DNA from: Candidatus Iainarchaeum sp. | GTDB lineage: Archaea > B1Sed10-29 > WALL01 | Direction: 5' to 3' | NCBI GenBank assembly: GCA_023129115.1 | Contig: JAGMCR010000012.1 | Coordinates: 1 to 64,000 of the forward strand | Length of the DNA: 64,000 nt | Shown: positions 9,566 to 19,192 of the stretch, piece by piece | How positions within the stretch are numbered: position 1 is the stretch's first letter | How the letters are laid out: the number at the start of each line of letters is the position of its first letter | Position numbers and translations under genes: made by a program | Notes under the pieces: generated by a model | What the model was told of the DNA's origin: nothing | Databases searched by the model: none | The model's input: only the letters and a program-made list of their open reading frames with translations

Positions 9566-12304
9566 CTATTTCACAATTTCTTGTTTATTGAATCCACCGC
9601 GACTGTCACAATACGTTGACGGTGCTTTGCCGAATAGCCTGGCTTTTTCTGGCAAGCCGTCGTGTAGCTTAAACCCCATTTCTTTCGCCTTTTTCTTCGC
9701 GAACTTGTGTATCAAGTCGTGCTGTCCGCTGCGGGAGCTGTAGACCCTGTCGAGGGCTAGCGCCCAATTGTTGCCTATCTTGATGAGGTGTAGCGCACCG
9801 CGGGCCTGAAGGCGCCCGCGCTCGTCGTATATCCCAATCACTTTTTTGGTGGCGTCTGCGGCAAAAGATATGAGCCCACGGTTATGTATGTCACTGCTCG
9901 ACCAAGACTGGCACGTGCCAAACCTCTCGCCAATGTTGTAGTACTGGGCGGGATGGAACGCGTCAGACATTACGTAGCTTTTGGGCTTAACGTTGAGTTC
10001 GTTGATGATTCTCGAGACCTGCGCCAAATGGTTCGCGGCAAGCTCCTGGCCCCCGTCACGGAGCCGGAGTATGAGCGAGCTCACCATGGATTGAGCACCT
10101 TTTCCGTCCTCCGCCCGGATTCTGACCTCGAGCTCACCAAGCTCTGGAGTCGGCGACACAAGGTGCTGTTTGCAGCCCTCGAGTTGGGCCAGCAGCGAAT
10201 CCACCGGGAACGCCTTTAGCTCCTCTTCCGTGGGCAAAACAGTTGTATGGCTTGTCTTGCGCCACTCCTCCGCAGCCTCCTTACTAAGCCCCTCATTCTT
10301 CATCAGCGTGTCAAGCTCTGAGTACTTCCAGTCCTCCAGCCCCCGCAGATTGGCGTACTCCTTGAGCATCCTCTGCACCAAGCCTTTTTCGATTACCCAC
10401 TTGTGCTGCCCATAATGCTTTATTAGCCTGTTGCTGATGCGCGCGAGGTTGAGGGACGCCTTGTCCCAGCGCTTCTTCGCCAAGAACTTTTTTGCCTCTG
10501 CATCAGTCATGTCGAACTTTTTCTGTACGCCGTTCCGCAGTTCTTCCTGCAGCTGTTTTATGGTTCTGGACAGTGGCTGGTTGTAGTCAATTTTGGCCTG
10601 CTTTTCCATCAAGTCAGAGTAAATATTGATTACCTGCGCAGCCCTTGGAATGTTCTGAACCTCTTTCTTGCCCTTGCCTGCTTTTTCCAAAAGGAGGCGC
10701 TCTATGGCTGGCTTGGTTGCTTTCGACACACTAAGTGCCTCGCTAATCCCCCTGATCCAATTCATGCTTCTCGCAGGCTTCTTGTCCAAAAGCTTAACGA
10801 TGGCGGTAGAGGTCTCATCACCAAGGTCAGTGAACAAGTTGCTGAAATCGCTGCAATTCTTGAGAGTATTTTCAAACCCGTGCACATCAATGAGCTTTGA
10901 CATCAAGTTAGGGCCAAACCGGTTTAGGTTCTCGAAGTACATTAAGCGCCAATCTACGGTCATGCCGCCGTAACCCTCTTGGTAGTTGTCAAGCAAGTCT
11001 TTTACGCTTATTTTTCCCCACAGCGCCTTCAGGTCGCCGTCGTGCCTGAACGTCTCGAAGAACCTTGAGTCCTCCATCTTGTAAAAAAGCTCTTTTTTGT
11101 CCTTCACTCCTGCGGCCTTCATCCATTCGGCGAGGCGCTCGCCAGAGACGTCTCTCAGGGAGTCATATAAGTGGTGGGAAGCATGCAACCAGTCGGCGTG
11201 CTGAATTAGCTCTTTCAGAATCTCGAGGGTGAGGGGGGCGCCAGTGAAGTCATGGAACTCCTTGAAGTTTTGTAGTGCGCTCCTAATGCCCTTCTCGAAT
11301 TCCTTGTTGCCTTTGAGCTTCAACCAGCCCTTGACCGGGATATCCTGTGTCTGTTCCTGCAGCCTTTTGTCGTTGGAGAACAGGTTGCTGTAGCCGCCGT
11401 TGACGAGCTTGAACACGAAGTCCTTGCCGTCTTTTGGCTTGAGCTCTTTTTCCCATTCCTCGCGGCGCTCTTGGGGCATGCCGCTGTAGCTCTGGGCCAG
11501 CTTCTCGAAATCATCGTGCTTGGAGATGAGCGTTATCAAGTCCTCCATCGTGAACTGTTCCTGCAGCTGCTTCGGGAACCGGTTTAGGTTCCCCACTATT
11601 CCTGCTAGGACGTTGGCGTTTAGGTTGTAGCGTTTGTCCTCCCGCCCGAAGTTCAGCAGCCCCATCAACTGGTCGGCAGTCGCGGTCTTCCGCACCTTCG
11701 TCGGCAGCTCCTTGACAGCTGGAATGACTGTGCGGTGCAAGTCCCAGAGCGCGACACTGTCGTTTGCAAGCTTCTCTTTCTGCTCCTCTGTGAACCGGTC
11801 GCTGAGGTACTTTGGCAGGCTGAAGAGGATTTTGTCGACGAAAACTTCGTTGCTGGTTTTGTCGAGGGCGAGGTCCATGAACTCTTCGGCGGTCAGCGTC
11901 TCTGCGATTCCGGGGAATGACTCCAGCCAGTGAGAGACGGAAAGCATTTTGCCGTATGCCCCTTGTTTTTGTAGCAAGGCCTTGACGTCTTCGAAGGAAA
12001 GGTTGTCGCGGATTTGCTTGGGCAGGTCCTCCAGTTGGTGTGGCAGGCCCACCAGCAAATGGACATTGTCCACATCTTTTAGGAAATCAACCACGTCGCC
12101 AGCCTTTGCCGTGCTCTGGACGCTTTTTGGCATTTTCGAGAACGAGTCCACTATGTATTCAAGGCCTCGGCTCTTTTTCTCCGCAAAGTCATTCATAATG
12201 TCGTTGGTGAAACTGTCCCGCGTGGCCTTTGGGAACTGCTTGATGTGATCCTTTAGCCATTTCTTGCGGTGGGCGCGCGCCCTCTTGCTTTGCACTGCTG
12301 GCAC
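9566..12304 (-). CDS. 912-aa hypothetical protein with N-terminal helical repeats and a C-terminal PcfJ/GNAT-like domain
   Basis: Long open frame; about 8 repeats of the form L..(F/L/M)PK..R....E....L; C-terminal IGE..GTCQ...VIGIYDERGRLQARG.L.L...LALDRVYS. Confidence 0.75.
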   Translation of the reverse strand: MPAVQSKRARAHRKKWLKDHIKQFPKATRDSFTNDIMNDFAEKKSRGLEYIVDSFSKMPKSVQSTAKAGDVVDFLKDVDNVHLLVGLPHQLEDLPKQIRDNLSFEDVKALLQKQGAYGKMLSVSHWLESFPGIAETLTAEEFMDLALDKTSNEVFVDKILFSLPKYLSDRFTEEQKEKLANDSVALWDLHRTVIPAVKELPTKVRKTATADQLMGLLNFGREDKRYNLNANVLAGIVGNLNRFPKQLQEQFTMEDLITLISKHDDFEKLAQSYSGMPQERREEWEKELKPKDGKDFVFKLVNGGYSNLFSNDKRLQEQTQDIPVKGWLKLKGNKEFEKGIRSALQNFKEFHDFTGAPLTLEILKELIQHADWLHASHHLYDSLRDVSGERLAEWMKAAGVKDKKELFYKMEDSRFFETFRHDGDLKALWGKISVKDLLDNYQEGYGGMTVDWRLMYFENLNRFGPNLMSKLIDVHGFENTLKNCSDFSNLFTDLGDETSTAIVKLLDKKPARSMNWIRGISEALSVSKATKPAIERLLLEKAGKGKKEVQNIPRAAQVINIYSDLMEKQAKIDYNQPLSRTIKQLQEELRNGVQKKFDMTDAEAKKFLAKKRWDKASLNLARISNRLIKHYGQHKWVIEKGLVQRMLKEYANLRGLEDWKYSELDTLMKNEGLSKEAAEEWRKTSHTTVLPTEEELKAFPVDSLLAQLEGCKQHLVSPTPELGELEVRIRAEDGKGAQSMVSSLILRLRDGGQELAANHLAQVSRIINELNVKPKSYVMSDAFHPAQYYNIGERFGTCQSWSSSDIHNRGLISFAADATKKVIGIYDERGRLQARGALHLIKIGNNWALALDRVYSSRSGQHDLIHKFAKKKAKEMGFKLHDGLPEKARLFGKAPSTYCDSRGGFNKQEIVK

Positions 12305-12394
12305 GAAATAATTTTATGTTCCCAGTGCCATATAAAGCCTCCTCAGCGCTCCAGAGGCAACTTTTATATACCCAAACCGAATAGGAGTAGTTGT

Positions 12395-12667
12395 ATGCCG
12401 AGTGAAGAGGAGCAGATTATCAACCTGATTGCGCAGGAGCTGATGGCGGGAAAGGGCCAGGGCGCCGTCATCAACGAGCTTGTGCAGGCGGGGCTGCCGA
12501 AGAACGAGGCGGCCACGGTTGTCAATGCAGTGGCGCAGCAGATTTCGCGCCGCGGCGGAGGCGGTGGCGGGGCGGCGCCGATGCCCCGCGGGGGCGGCAC
12601 GAACTGGGGCATGTGGATAATGATTGGCGCCATTGGGGTCCTTGTCTACATCATCTTCCTGGCGTAG
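12395..12667 (+). CDS. Small tail-anchored hypothetical protein
   Basis: TATA-like TTTTATATA upstream, helical N-domain, Gly linker, C-terminal TM helix. Confidence 0.75.
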   Translation: MPSEEEQIINLIAQELMAGKGQGAVINELVQAGLPKNEAATVVNAVAQQISRRGGGGGGAAPMPRGGGTNWGMWIMIGAIGVLVYIIFLA

Positions 12668-12706
12668 AAACGCTTAAATTCTATTCAGTCAAAAAGAGTA
12701 GCCACT

Positions 12707-12780
12707 GCCTCAGTAGCTCAGTTCGGTGGAGCGCTACCTTGGTAAGGTAGAAGTCGGGGGTTCAAATCCCTCCTGAGGCT
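12707..12780 (+). tRNA. tRNA-Thr(GGT)
   Basis: CTACC-TT GGT AA-GGTAG anticodon arm. Confidence 0.93.
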
Positions 12781-12813
12781 CTAAATCTTTTTTCTGTTAC
12801 GGCTACGTTTGAA

Positions 12814-12875
12814 TGTCTCTGGGGGGTGCCAGCCGGCACCCCCCAAGCCTACCGCGCCAGCTCAGGTTTGGGCTG
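12814..12875 (+). mobile_element. Family A hairpin element
   Basis: TGTCTCT-GGGGGGTGCC..GGCACCCCCC-AAGCCTACCGCGC-CAGCTCAGGTTTGGGCTG; degenerate flanking repeat AGGCT...CTTTTTTCT at 12776-12795 and 12876-12896. Confidence 0.7.
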
Positions 12876-12936
12876 AGGCTTTCAACGCTTTTTTCTCCAA
12901 AAGCTTAATATACCGTGGCTTGTTTTTTGTGTGTAG

Positions 12937-13161
12937 GTGATTTGGTTGAAAGTGAAATTCCACAAGCTTGACAAAAGCACAAGGCATTATTGGGTGTTCA
13001 GGCGCAAGGGAGAGGGAATCCTGATGATTTTCATTGGCGCCCTCTGGGCCATGCAAATCGCTGGGTGGTTCAGCATGATGCCATACGACGAGTACTTCGT
13101 CCCTGCAGTCCTCTTCGTTGCAGGGCTTATTGAAATCATCCGGGCTTGGCAGCACGAGTAA
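12937..13161 (+). CDS. Small membrane hypothetical protein
   Basis: Two predicted TM helices; upstream TTAATATA; start uncertain. Confidence 0.55.
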   Translation: MIWLKVKFHKLDKSTRHYWVFRRKGEGILMIFIGALWAMQIAGWFSMMPYDEYFVPAVLFVAGLIEIIRAWQHE

Positions 13162-13197
13162 CCCCCTTTTATAGTATCATTTGCATAAGTAAGCGGA

Positions 13198-13863
13198 ATG
13201 GAAGTCTTAGGTTTTGACTTGGTCTACCTGCTGGTTACGGTGGGGTTGGCAGTCGTGTTTACGCTTGCGGTGCTGACCATAATTGGGATACTTTTGGTGC
13301 GGCACTTCGACAAGACGGGCGTGGCGCTGTTCCCGAGGCTGTTCATGTTCATACTGAACCTCGTCGAGACCCCAATCAAGAACCTGCTGTGGCTGTTCAA
13401 CCTTGACGCCAAAACGCTTTTCCTCGTCCGCTCAAACCTGATTAACGCGATTTACAGGCACCGGTTCGCGGCAGTGCCGGTTAAAGAGCGCGCGATTTTT
13501 TTGCCGCAGTGCCTCCGCAACCAAAAGTGCCCCGCCAACACGGACGAGGAAGGCCTGCACTGCAAGGGGTGCGGCAAATGCGAAATCGCCGACTACAAGA
13601 AAGAAGCAGAAAAGCTGGGCTACAAGTTCTTCATCGCGCCCGGCGGCACCATGGTCAAGCGCATGATAAAGAAGTACCGCCCGAAGGCAATAATTGGCGT
13701 TGGCTGCGAGAATGAGATACAGATGGGCTCCGAAATGGCGATAAGGCACGGGATAATCCCAATGACCATACCCCTCGCCAAAAGCGGGTGCGTCAACACT
13801 ATCGTGGACTGGGACGAGGTAAGGAGAATCACGAACCTGACGCCCCAGAACGTGAACGATTAA
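13198..13863 (+). CDS. DUF116 family protein
   Basis: FLPQCLR..KCPA....GLHC..CGKC.I and IIGVGC...GCVNT.VD motifs. Confidence 0.88.
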   Translation: MEVLGFDLVYLLVTVGLAVVFTLAVLTIIGILLVRHFDKTGVALFPRLFMFILNLVETPIKNLLWLFNLDAKTLFLVRSNLINAIYRHRFAAVPVKERAIFLPQCLRNQKCPANTDEEGLHCKGCGKCEIADYKKEAEKLGYKFFIAPGGTMVKRMIKKYRPKAIIGVGCENEIQMGSEMAIRHGIIPMTIPLAKSGCVNTIVDWDEVRRITNLTPQNVND

Positions 13864-13892
13864 AAAGGCGGTTGCCTCAAAACTTGTTTGCT

Positions 13893-13997
13893 GCCGGCCT
13901 AGCTCAGTTGGTTAGAGCGCCAGACTCATAGGGTTTCAACCGATGGGTTGCTTCCGGAGACATCTGGAAGTCGCGGGTTCAAGTCCCGTGGCCGGCA
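13893..13997 (+). tRNA. tRNA-Met(CAT), elongator type, with 31-nt intron at 37/38 (13931-13961)
   Basis: GCCGGCC acceptor; CCAGA-CT CAT A[intron ...GAGAC]A-TCTGG; relaxed BHB. Confidence 0.88.
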
Positions 13998-14064
13998 CTC
14001 CAAGCCTTTCTTTAGAAAAGAAAGGCTACGGGCTACCCAAAGAAACTATTTGAATAATACAGCC

Positions 14065-14125
14065 TGCCTATTTGCGGGGCCGAACGGCCCCGCTTTAGTC
14101 TAACGTGCCAGCTGAGTTTCAGCTG
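14065..14125 (+). mobile_element. Family A hairpin element after tRNA-Met
   Basis: TGCCTATTT-GCGGGGCC..GGCCCCGC-TTTAGTCTAACGTGC-CAGCTGAGTTTCAGCTG followed by CCGTGGCCGGC (tRNA-Met 3' end copy, 14128-14138). Confidence 0.7.
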
Positions 14126-14148
14126 TTCCGTGGCCGGCGCTTAACCCT

Positions 14149-15531
14149 TCAATCCAGATTCTTGACAAGGTCTTCCAGAGCATCAAGTTCGCCCACCTGT
14201 TTGCCATACATCTTCAGTGCCAAGTCTGCCATAATCTCATCAGGAACTTTAGTTTCAAGACCGTACCCCGCTTTCTTCACTTCCTTTATCATCATGTCAG
14301 AAACAGTTTTCTTTTTCTTAAGCATTTTATGAAGAGGGTTGACAACATCAACATACCTATCGTGCATCAGTTCCTTGGAGAAGCTGAAGAACCTCTTGCA
14401 GTAGTTATAAACATCCTTATTCTCAAGCCCCTCGTATGCACTGTGGTACTGCAAGTGTCTCCTTACATGAGTATGTGGTGGGATATACACTGAGTTTCCC
14501 TCAACCTTAAAGGGTTTTTCCAGCCCAATCTCAGAGGGAATAACCTCCATGAAGTCCTGGTGAACCTTTCTTTGCGCATACTTCATCAGCACACTCATGG
14601 CAATCATGTTACTGAGAAAATTTGTATCTCCTGAACGCTGCTCCAGTGTGCCCAATTTATTTATCCTAACCGGTCCCCAGCAAAGATCGAGTATGCTCCT
14701 ACATTTTTTGATATCTTCAGGAGAAACGCCCTGCTTCTTCAGTTCCCTCTTCACCCTGTTATACCTACTCTCCATAGTATATATCAAATCAGTGAGCGTC
14801 TGCTTGTAGGGTGGCAGCCCACCGTACTGCTGGAATCCAGTGTATTGTCCCTTCATGTATTTCAGTGCCCTGCCCCCCCTATTAATCACAACCCTGGAAT
14901 CCTTTGCCAGGAACTTGCCGTCGACAAAAGGAGAGGATTGCAGGAACGTAATGAATACTGGGTCCATAGCTATGGCCAGATTATAACTGTCTATCAAAGT
15001 TTTCTTGATCTTGGGCCCTAACATGGGCTTCAGGAACTTCTTTTTCTTATCAAACACTCCACGGGGCAAAGTATAGTGGCAGTGAAATCCGAGCGTCCTG
15101 CTTCCCAGCCTGTTTTTTTCAGCACCAACCAGTTTCTCGTGCATTATGTATCGATTATCTCTTCTCATCTCTTCCTCAAAGTAGCCAGGATATGTAGAAA
15201 GCGGGTAAATCAGGATGTTGTGCCCTTCGGCAACTTCAATAAGCGTCTTATAGCTCTTTATTATATCTAGTGCAATGTTCTGAACCTTTACAGATGGGAA
15301 GGAAGTGAGCTCGACCATATGTTTTGCTTCTTCTTGTACAATGGGCATCTCTTTATCTCTCTTCTTGCATTCCCTGATAACCAGGTCTGCTTTGTTTACA
15401 ATATAGCCTTTCTCATCCAATGTTTGAATCTCAATCTCAATGCCTGTTTTTGACCTCTTAAGAGGAGATTTCTCTTTCTTTTTAATTTCAGACCCCTCCT
15501 TTTGGTTTCTTGAACCTGAATAAATCCTCAA
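14149..15531 (-). CDS. Glutamate-cysteine ligase family (GCS2-like carboxylate-amine ligase)
   Basis: GIEIEIQTLD, EEAKHMVEL, GFHCHY, SSPFVDG..AKDSR, WGPVRIN.LGTLEQR; AT-rich; start uncertain (TTG 15531 or ATT 15486). Confidence 0.8.
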   Translation of the reverse strand: MRIYSGSRNQKEGSEIKKKEKSPLKRSKTGIEIEIQTLDEKGYIVNKADLVIRECKKRDKEMPIVQEEAKHMVELTSFPSVKVQNIALDIIKSYKTLIEVAEGHNILIYPLSTYPGYFEEEMRRDNRYIMHEKLVGAEKNRLGSRTLGFHCHYTLPRGVFDKKKKFLKPMLGPKIKKTLIDSYNLAIAMDPVFITFLQSSPFVDGKFLAKDSRVVINRGGRALKYMKGQYTGFQQYGGLPPYKQTLTDLIYTMESRYNRVKRELKKQGVSPEDIKKCRSILDLCWGPVRINKLGTLEQRSGDTNFLSNMIAMSVLMKYAQRKVHQDFMEVIPSEIGLEKPFKVEGNSVYIPPHTHVRRHLQYHSAYEGLENKDVYNYCKRFFSFSKELMHDRYVDVVNPLHKMLKKKKTVSDMMIKEVKKAGYGLETKVPDEIMADLALKMYGKQVGELDALEDLVKNLD

Positions 15532-16600
15532 TGTTTTTAGAAAGTTTTTTCACCTTACGCTTATAAGTTCTACAGTGTTTTTTATCCATGTATAACTTTT
15601 TGTTAATTTCCATGGAGAAGATGAATACATCTGGGAACTGCTTTGCTAGATGCTCTAGTATATATCCCGCTCCAAAAGGGTTGTTTATCAACACTTCCTC
15701 CTTTACTTCAAGCTCAAGATTCTCCTTCATTTTCATTATTATGGGATAGTAGAACCTAGGCGAGAAATCAATCCCAAAGCTGAAGGGGGGCCTATCAGGC
15801 TCGTCTACCATAGAGTGGGCGTCAAATATTATGTTGAACCGGTAGGTATCTATGAGCTGGTTGAGCACATGGTAAAAGTAGTCATACCTCTCCAGTATTC
15901 TTTCCTTCTGCTTGTTTCCCAGGCTCCTTTTCCAGATATTCTGAACTCTCTTCTCTGAAGTGTTGGTGTATACTGCAGACTCCCTACTCCGGTTATAGTC
16001 ACACACAAACCGGGACTGCTTGTTATCTATCCAAATGCCCCCCCTATCTAACACCAGAGGGCCGTAAATTAGATCCGTACCTATGTCCTCCTCCATTAAA
16101 CGTTTTGATTTGCGTAGAGCCATTAAAGACTTAATATACTTCGGCACCCATACTCCAGCATGGGCAGTTATTAGCAGGATGTTGAATTTGTTCCTCTTGT
16201 AGTTGTCATAAATCATTGTTCCATACTTTGTGATTGTGAGCTTTATGTTTGGGTAATTTTTATGGTGATGTTTTATGTCCGCTTTCACAAGCTCGTAGAG
16301 CTCTTTCTCTGGAAAGAACTTTCTGAACCAGAGTGTGTTCCTGTTCCTATAGAAATAGCTAATTGTTCCATCAAGCACAGGTTCGAATGCCTTGTAACTG
16401 TAGAGCAGAGATACAAATGAAAGGTGGAGGTTCTTATCTATTCTCTCATTTACCTTCTTGAGTTCTTGTAGAAAGTCAGCGTAATATTGGAAAGAAAGAA
16501 ACTTTTTTTGTTGATTCATGACAAAAGAAATGGTGGTATGAGCTGAGTTAAACAATGGTTTAAGAAGAGAAGGTACTCTCTCTGCTTCTTTATGTGTCAT
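15488..16600 (-). CDS. N-formylglutamate amidohydrolase-like Zn hydrolase with N-terminal extension
   Basis: LLITAHAG, EEDIGTD, SRFVCDYNR, FDAHSM, INNPFGAGYI and MEINKKLYMD motifs; start uncertain. Confidence 0.8.
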   Translation of the reverse strand: MTHKEAERVPSLLKPLFNSAHTTISFVMNQQKKFLSFQYYADFLQELKKVNERIDKNLHLSFVSLLYSYKAFEPVLDGTISYFYRNRNTLWFRKFFPEKELYELVKADIKHHHKNYPNIKLTITKYGTMIYDNYKRNKFNILLITAHAGVWVPKYIKSLMALRKSKRLMEEDIGTDLIYGPLVLDRGGIWIDNKQSRFVCDYNRSRESAVYTNTSEKRVQNIWKRSLGNKQKERILERYDYFYHVLNQLIDTYRFNIIFDAHSMVDEPDRPPFSFGIDFSPRFYYPIIMKMKENLELEVKEEVLINNPFGAGYILEHLAKQFPDVFIFSMEINKKLYMDKKHCRTYKRKVKKLSKNIEDLFRFKKPKGGV

Positions 16601-16825
16601 CAATAAGCCTCTTAATCTTATTCTAGCTTCTTGTGTTGAAATAGTTAACGGTCTGTTGCAAGTTGCCGGCACTGATGCTTAGCTCAATGTGCCCGTGGCC
16701 GGCACTTTTTCTCGGCAAGGCTTAGTCAATACAAGTTATAAACACCGAATCCCTAAGGCCCAACAGCTAGCTAATCCATAAAAATAACATAAGATTTATA
16801 TATGTGAATATAGCATAAAATTAAC

Positions 16826-17077
16826 ATGAATATTAGTATGCATTTTGAAGGTTTTATGGAAGAAATAATCGAGAGGCTTTTGGAACAAGGAATCGCAAAA
16901 ACAAAGGCTGAAGCACTCAGGCTTGGATTGCTGGAGTTGAACGACAAATACCAACTAGTCGGGATAGACAAGGAATTGAAAGCAGATATACTCGAGATAA
17001 ACAGGATTGATAGGGACATCAAAACAGGCAAAGAAAAAGTGTATTCTGTCAAGAATGTTGATGAGCTGCTGGCATGA
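16826..17077 (+). CDS. Putative antitoxin
   Basis: Small protein overlapping (ATGA) a RelE-like gene; C-terminal DIKTGKEKVYS typical of RelB-type partners. Confidence 0.7.
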   Translation: MNISMHFEGFMEEIIERLLEQGIAKTKAEALRLGLLELNDKYQLVGIDKELKADILEINRIDRDIKTGKEKVYSVKNVDELLA

Positions 17078-17319
17078 AAATCAAAAGAACAGATACATTC
17101 AAAAAAGACATCAAAAAACTGGATTCCCAAAGCAAAAAAATTCTTGGAAAAGTAATTAAAAAAATTCTTGCCAGTCCAGAGAGATTCAAGCCAATGAAAT
17201 ACCATTCAAACATATTCAGAATCAGGTTCAGTAAATTCCGGTTGGTCTACAAAGTTGACCAAGACTTGATTACGTTCATGTTCGTAAGAAAAAGGCCCAC
17301 GGCATATAGAAATGTATGA
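17074..17319 (+). CDS. RelE/ParE family toxin
   Basis: FKKDIKKLD...FRIRFSKFRLVY...VRKR..AYR. Confidence 0.85.
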   Translation: MKIKRTDTFKKDIKKLDSQSKKILGKVIKKILASPERFKPMKYHSNIFRIRFSKFRLVYKVDQDLITFMFVRKRPTAYRNV

Positions 17320-17370
17320 CTTTTCGAGACTTGGGTTACGTGTGTGCCCATTGCCAGCACGTCTTTCTGT

Positions 17371-17601
17371 CTATATGCTTACGGCGTTGAAGCACTTGGG
17401 GTAATTGGTGCACCCCCAAAAATAAGAATGGTTTTTCTTGTTTTCCCGCACCATCATTAAGGCGCCGCACTTGCCGCACTTCTTTGTTTTTGGGGCGTCT
17501 CTCTGGTGCCGCACGCACCGCGGCTCCTTGCTGGAAGCAAAAACCGTTGCAAGCCCTGAGCACACAGTGCACTTTGGGGGGGAGTAAGGGACTTTGCGCA
17601 T
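17371..17601 (-). CDS. Small zinc-ribbon protein (topoisomerase C4-type)
   Basis: CGKCGALMMVR.....FWGCTNYPKC plus N-terminal CTVC..C..H. Confidence 0.8.
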   Translation of the reverse strand: MRKVPYSPPKCTVCSGLATVFASSKEPRCVRHQRDAPKTKKCGKCGALMMVRENKKNHSYFWGCTNYPKCFNAVSI

Positions 17602-17625
17602 GGAAAACGAGTTAAGGAATGAGGG

Positions 17626-18483
17626 TTATATAAGGGACACCCCAATTAGCCCGATTACTGTCAGGACAATCCCTATTTTTTGGTTGAGGTGAATCCTCTC
17701 GTGGAGAAAGATGTAGGCAAGGACGACTGTGACTGGCGTGTAGGCGGCGACTATCGGCGCGACAATTGAGAGCATGCCCATGTCGATGCCTACAAAGAAC
17801 GCAAAAACCCCAATGACTTCAGCCACTGCCACGCTGGCGAGGAGAGGCCATGTGGAGGGGCGTGGCATGCGTAGCTTCGCTTTCTTGAAGAAAGCGATTA
17901 CTGAAAAGAAAATTGCTGACAGGAAAAATGCCCAGAAAAGAGCGGACAAAGCGCCAATATCCGCAATGACGTAGTATGACAAGAAACTGGCCACGCCAAA
18001 GCCAATCATTGAAAGCAGAGCTATTCCAACGCCTGCGCTGAACACCTTCTTTTTCAGGGTTTTCATTTCCACTGATGTGAGGAGGATACCAGCAAATATT
18101 GTGGCTATGCTAACCAACTGGATTAGAGTCAGGTGCTCATGGAGCACTAACAAACCGAGCAGCGCTGTCACCATCCCCCAAGAGCCAGCAATCGGGACAA
18201 CAATTGAAGCAAGCCCCTTGGAAAGTCCCTTGTAGAAACTAAACCACGCCACCACGCTGAATACGGTCGCCGCGAGAATCAGTATACCTGTATCAATTGA
18301 CACAACCGGAACTGTGGTAAAAGCAAGGACGTATGCCACAACAGGAACAGCAGCCAGTATCTTGACGTAGACCACAGCAGAAAAATTGCCGACATCGTCA
18401 ACCGCCTTTTTTGCCAGAAAGTCGCAAATGCCGTAAAACAGCATGCTCACGAAAGCAACCAAGGCGCCCTCAACAAGAGCCAT
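17626..18483 (-). CDS. DMT/EamA family transporter
   Basis: Ten TM helices, two EamA repeats (LHEHLT, LHERIH). Confidence 0.88.
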   Translation of the reverse strand: MALVEGALVAFVSMLFYGICDFLAKKAVDDVGNFSAVVYVKILAAVPVVAYVLAFTTVPVVSIDTGILILAATVFSVVAWFSFYKGLSKGLASIVVPIAGSWGMVTALLGLLVLHEHLTLIQLVSIATIFAGILLTSVEMKTLKKKVFSAGVGIALLSMIGFGVASFLSYYVIADIGALSALFWAFFLSAIFFSVIAFFKKAKLRMPRPSTWPLLASVAVAEVIGVFAFFVGIDMGMLSIVAPIVAAYTPVTVVLAYIFLHERIHLNQKIGIVLTVIGLIGVSLI

Positions 18484-18550
18484 GCAGTCCTTATGGCAGC
18501 CCTCACTTTTATTAACCCTCGCTTCGCTAGATTAGGAAGAGGTGCAAATT

Positions 18551-19192
18551 GTGTCCGAACCAAAGAGGCTAGCGGGAGAAAAAGCCTGTGAATACGTAAA
18601 GGACGGCATGGTGCTGGGCCTCGGGACCGGCAGCACTGTGTATTATACCCTGAAGAAGATAGCCGGGCAAGGGCTTGACGTCATCGGGGTTTGCACCTCG
18701 GTCGACACGGAAAACAAGTGCAAGGAATTGGGGATAAAGACCAGCACCATCGACGAGCACGACCCCGAGCTCGCGATTGACGGCGCCGACGAGATTGACG
18801 CCAACCGGCACTTGATAAAAGGCGGTGGCGGGGCGTTGACAAGGGAAAAAATCGTTGACTACCGCGCCAAGGAATTCATCGTCGTCGCCGAAGAGCGGAA
18901 ATTGGTGCAGCAGCTGGGGGGGACCTTCTTCCTGCCTGTTGAGGTGATTCAATTCGCGTGGAAGCGCACGCAGCGCGAGCTCAAGGAACGGTTCGGGTTC
19001 GAGCGGGTCGAGAAAAGGGATTTCACGACCGACAATGGGAACTACATACTCGACTGCCACGGGAAAATAGGGGGTGCAGTGGAGTGGGAAAAAGAGATTA
19101 ACTCCATTCCCGGAGTGGTCGAGAACGGCTTGTTCACGCGCGACGTCAAGAAAATAATTGTTGGGAGTGGCACAGGGGTGAAAGAGATATGA
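18551..19192 (+). CDS. rpiA: Ribose-5-phosphate isomerase A
   Basis: GLGTGST, DGADEID, KGGGGALTREKIV. Confidence 0.96.
   Translation: MSEPKRLAGEKACEYVKDGMVLGLGTGSTVYYTLKKIAGQGLDVIGVCTSVDTENKCKELGIKTSTIDEHDPELAIDGADEIDANRHLIKGGGGALTREKIVDYRAKEFIVVAEERKLVQQLGGTFFLPVEVIQFAWKRTQRELKERFGFERVEKRDFTTDNGNYILDCHGKIGGAVEWEKEINSIPGVVENGLFTRDVKKIIVGSGTGVKEI

Larger units (their letters stand above)
13985..16706. mobile_element. AT-rich island bounded by a 15-bp direct repeat of the tRNA-Met 3' end (att-like)
   Basis: CCCGTGGCCGGCACT at 13985-13999 and 16692-16706; no integrase seen inside. Confidence 0.65.
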
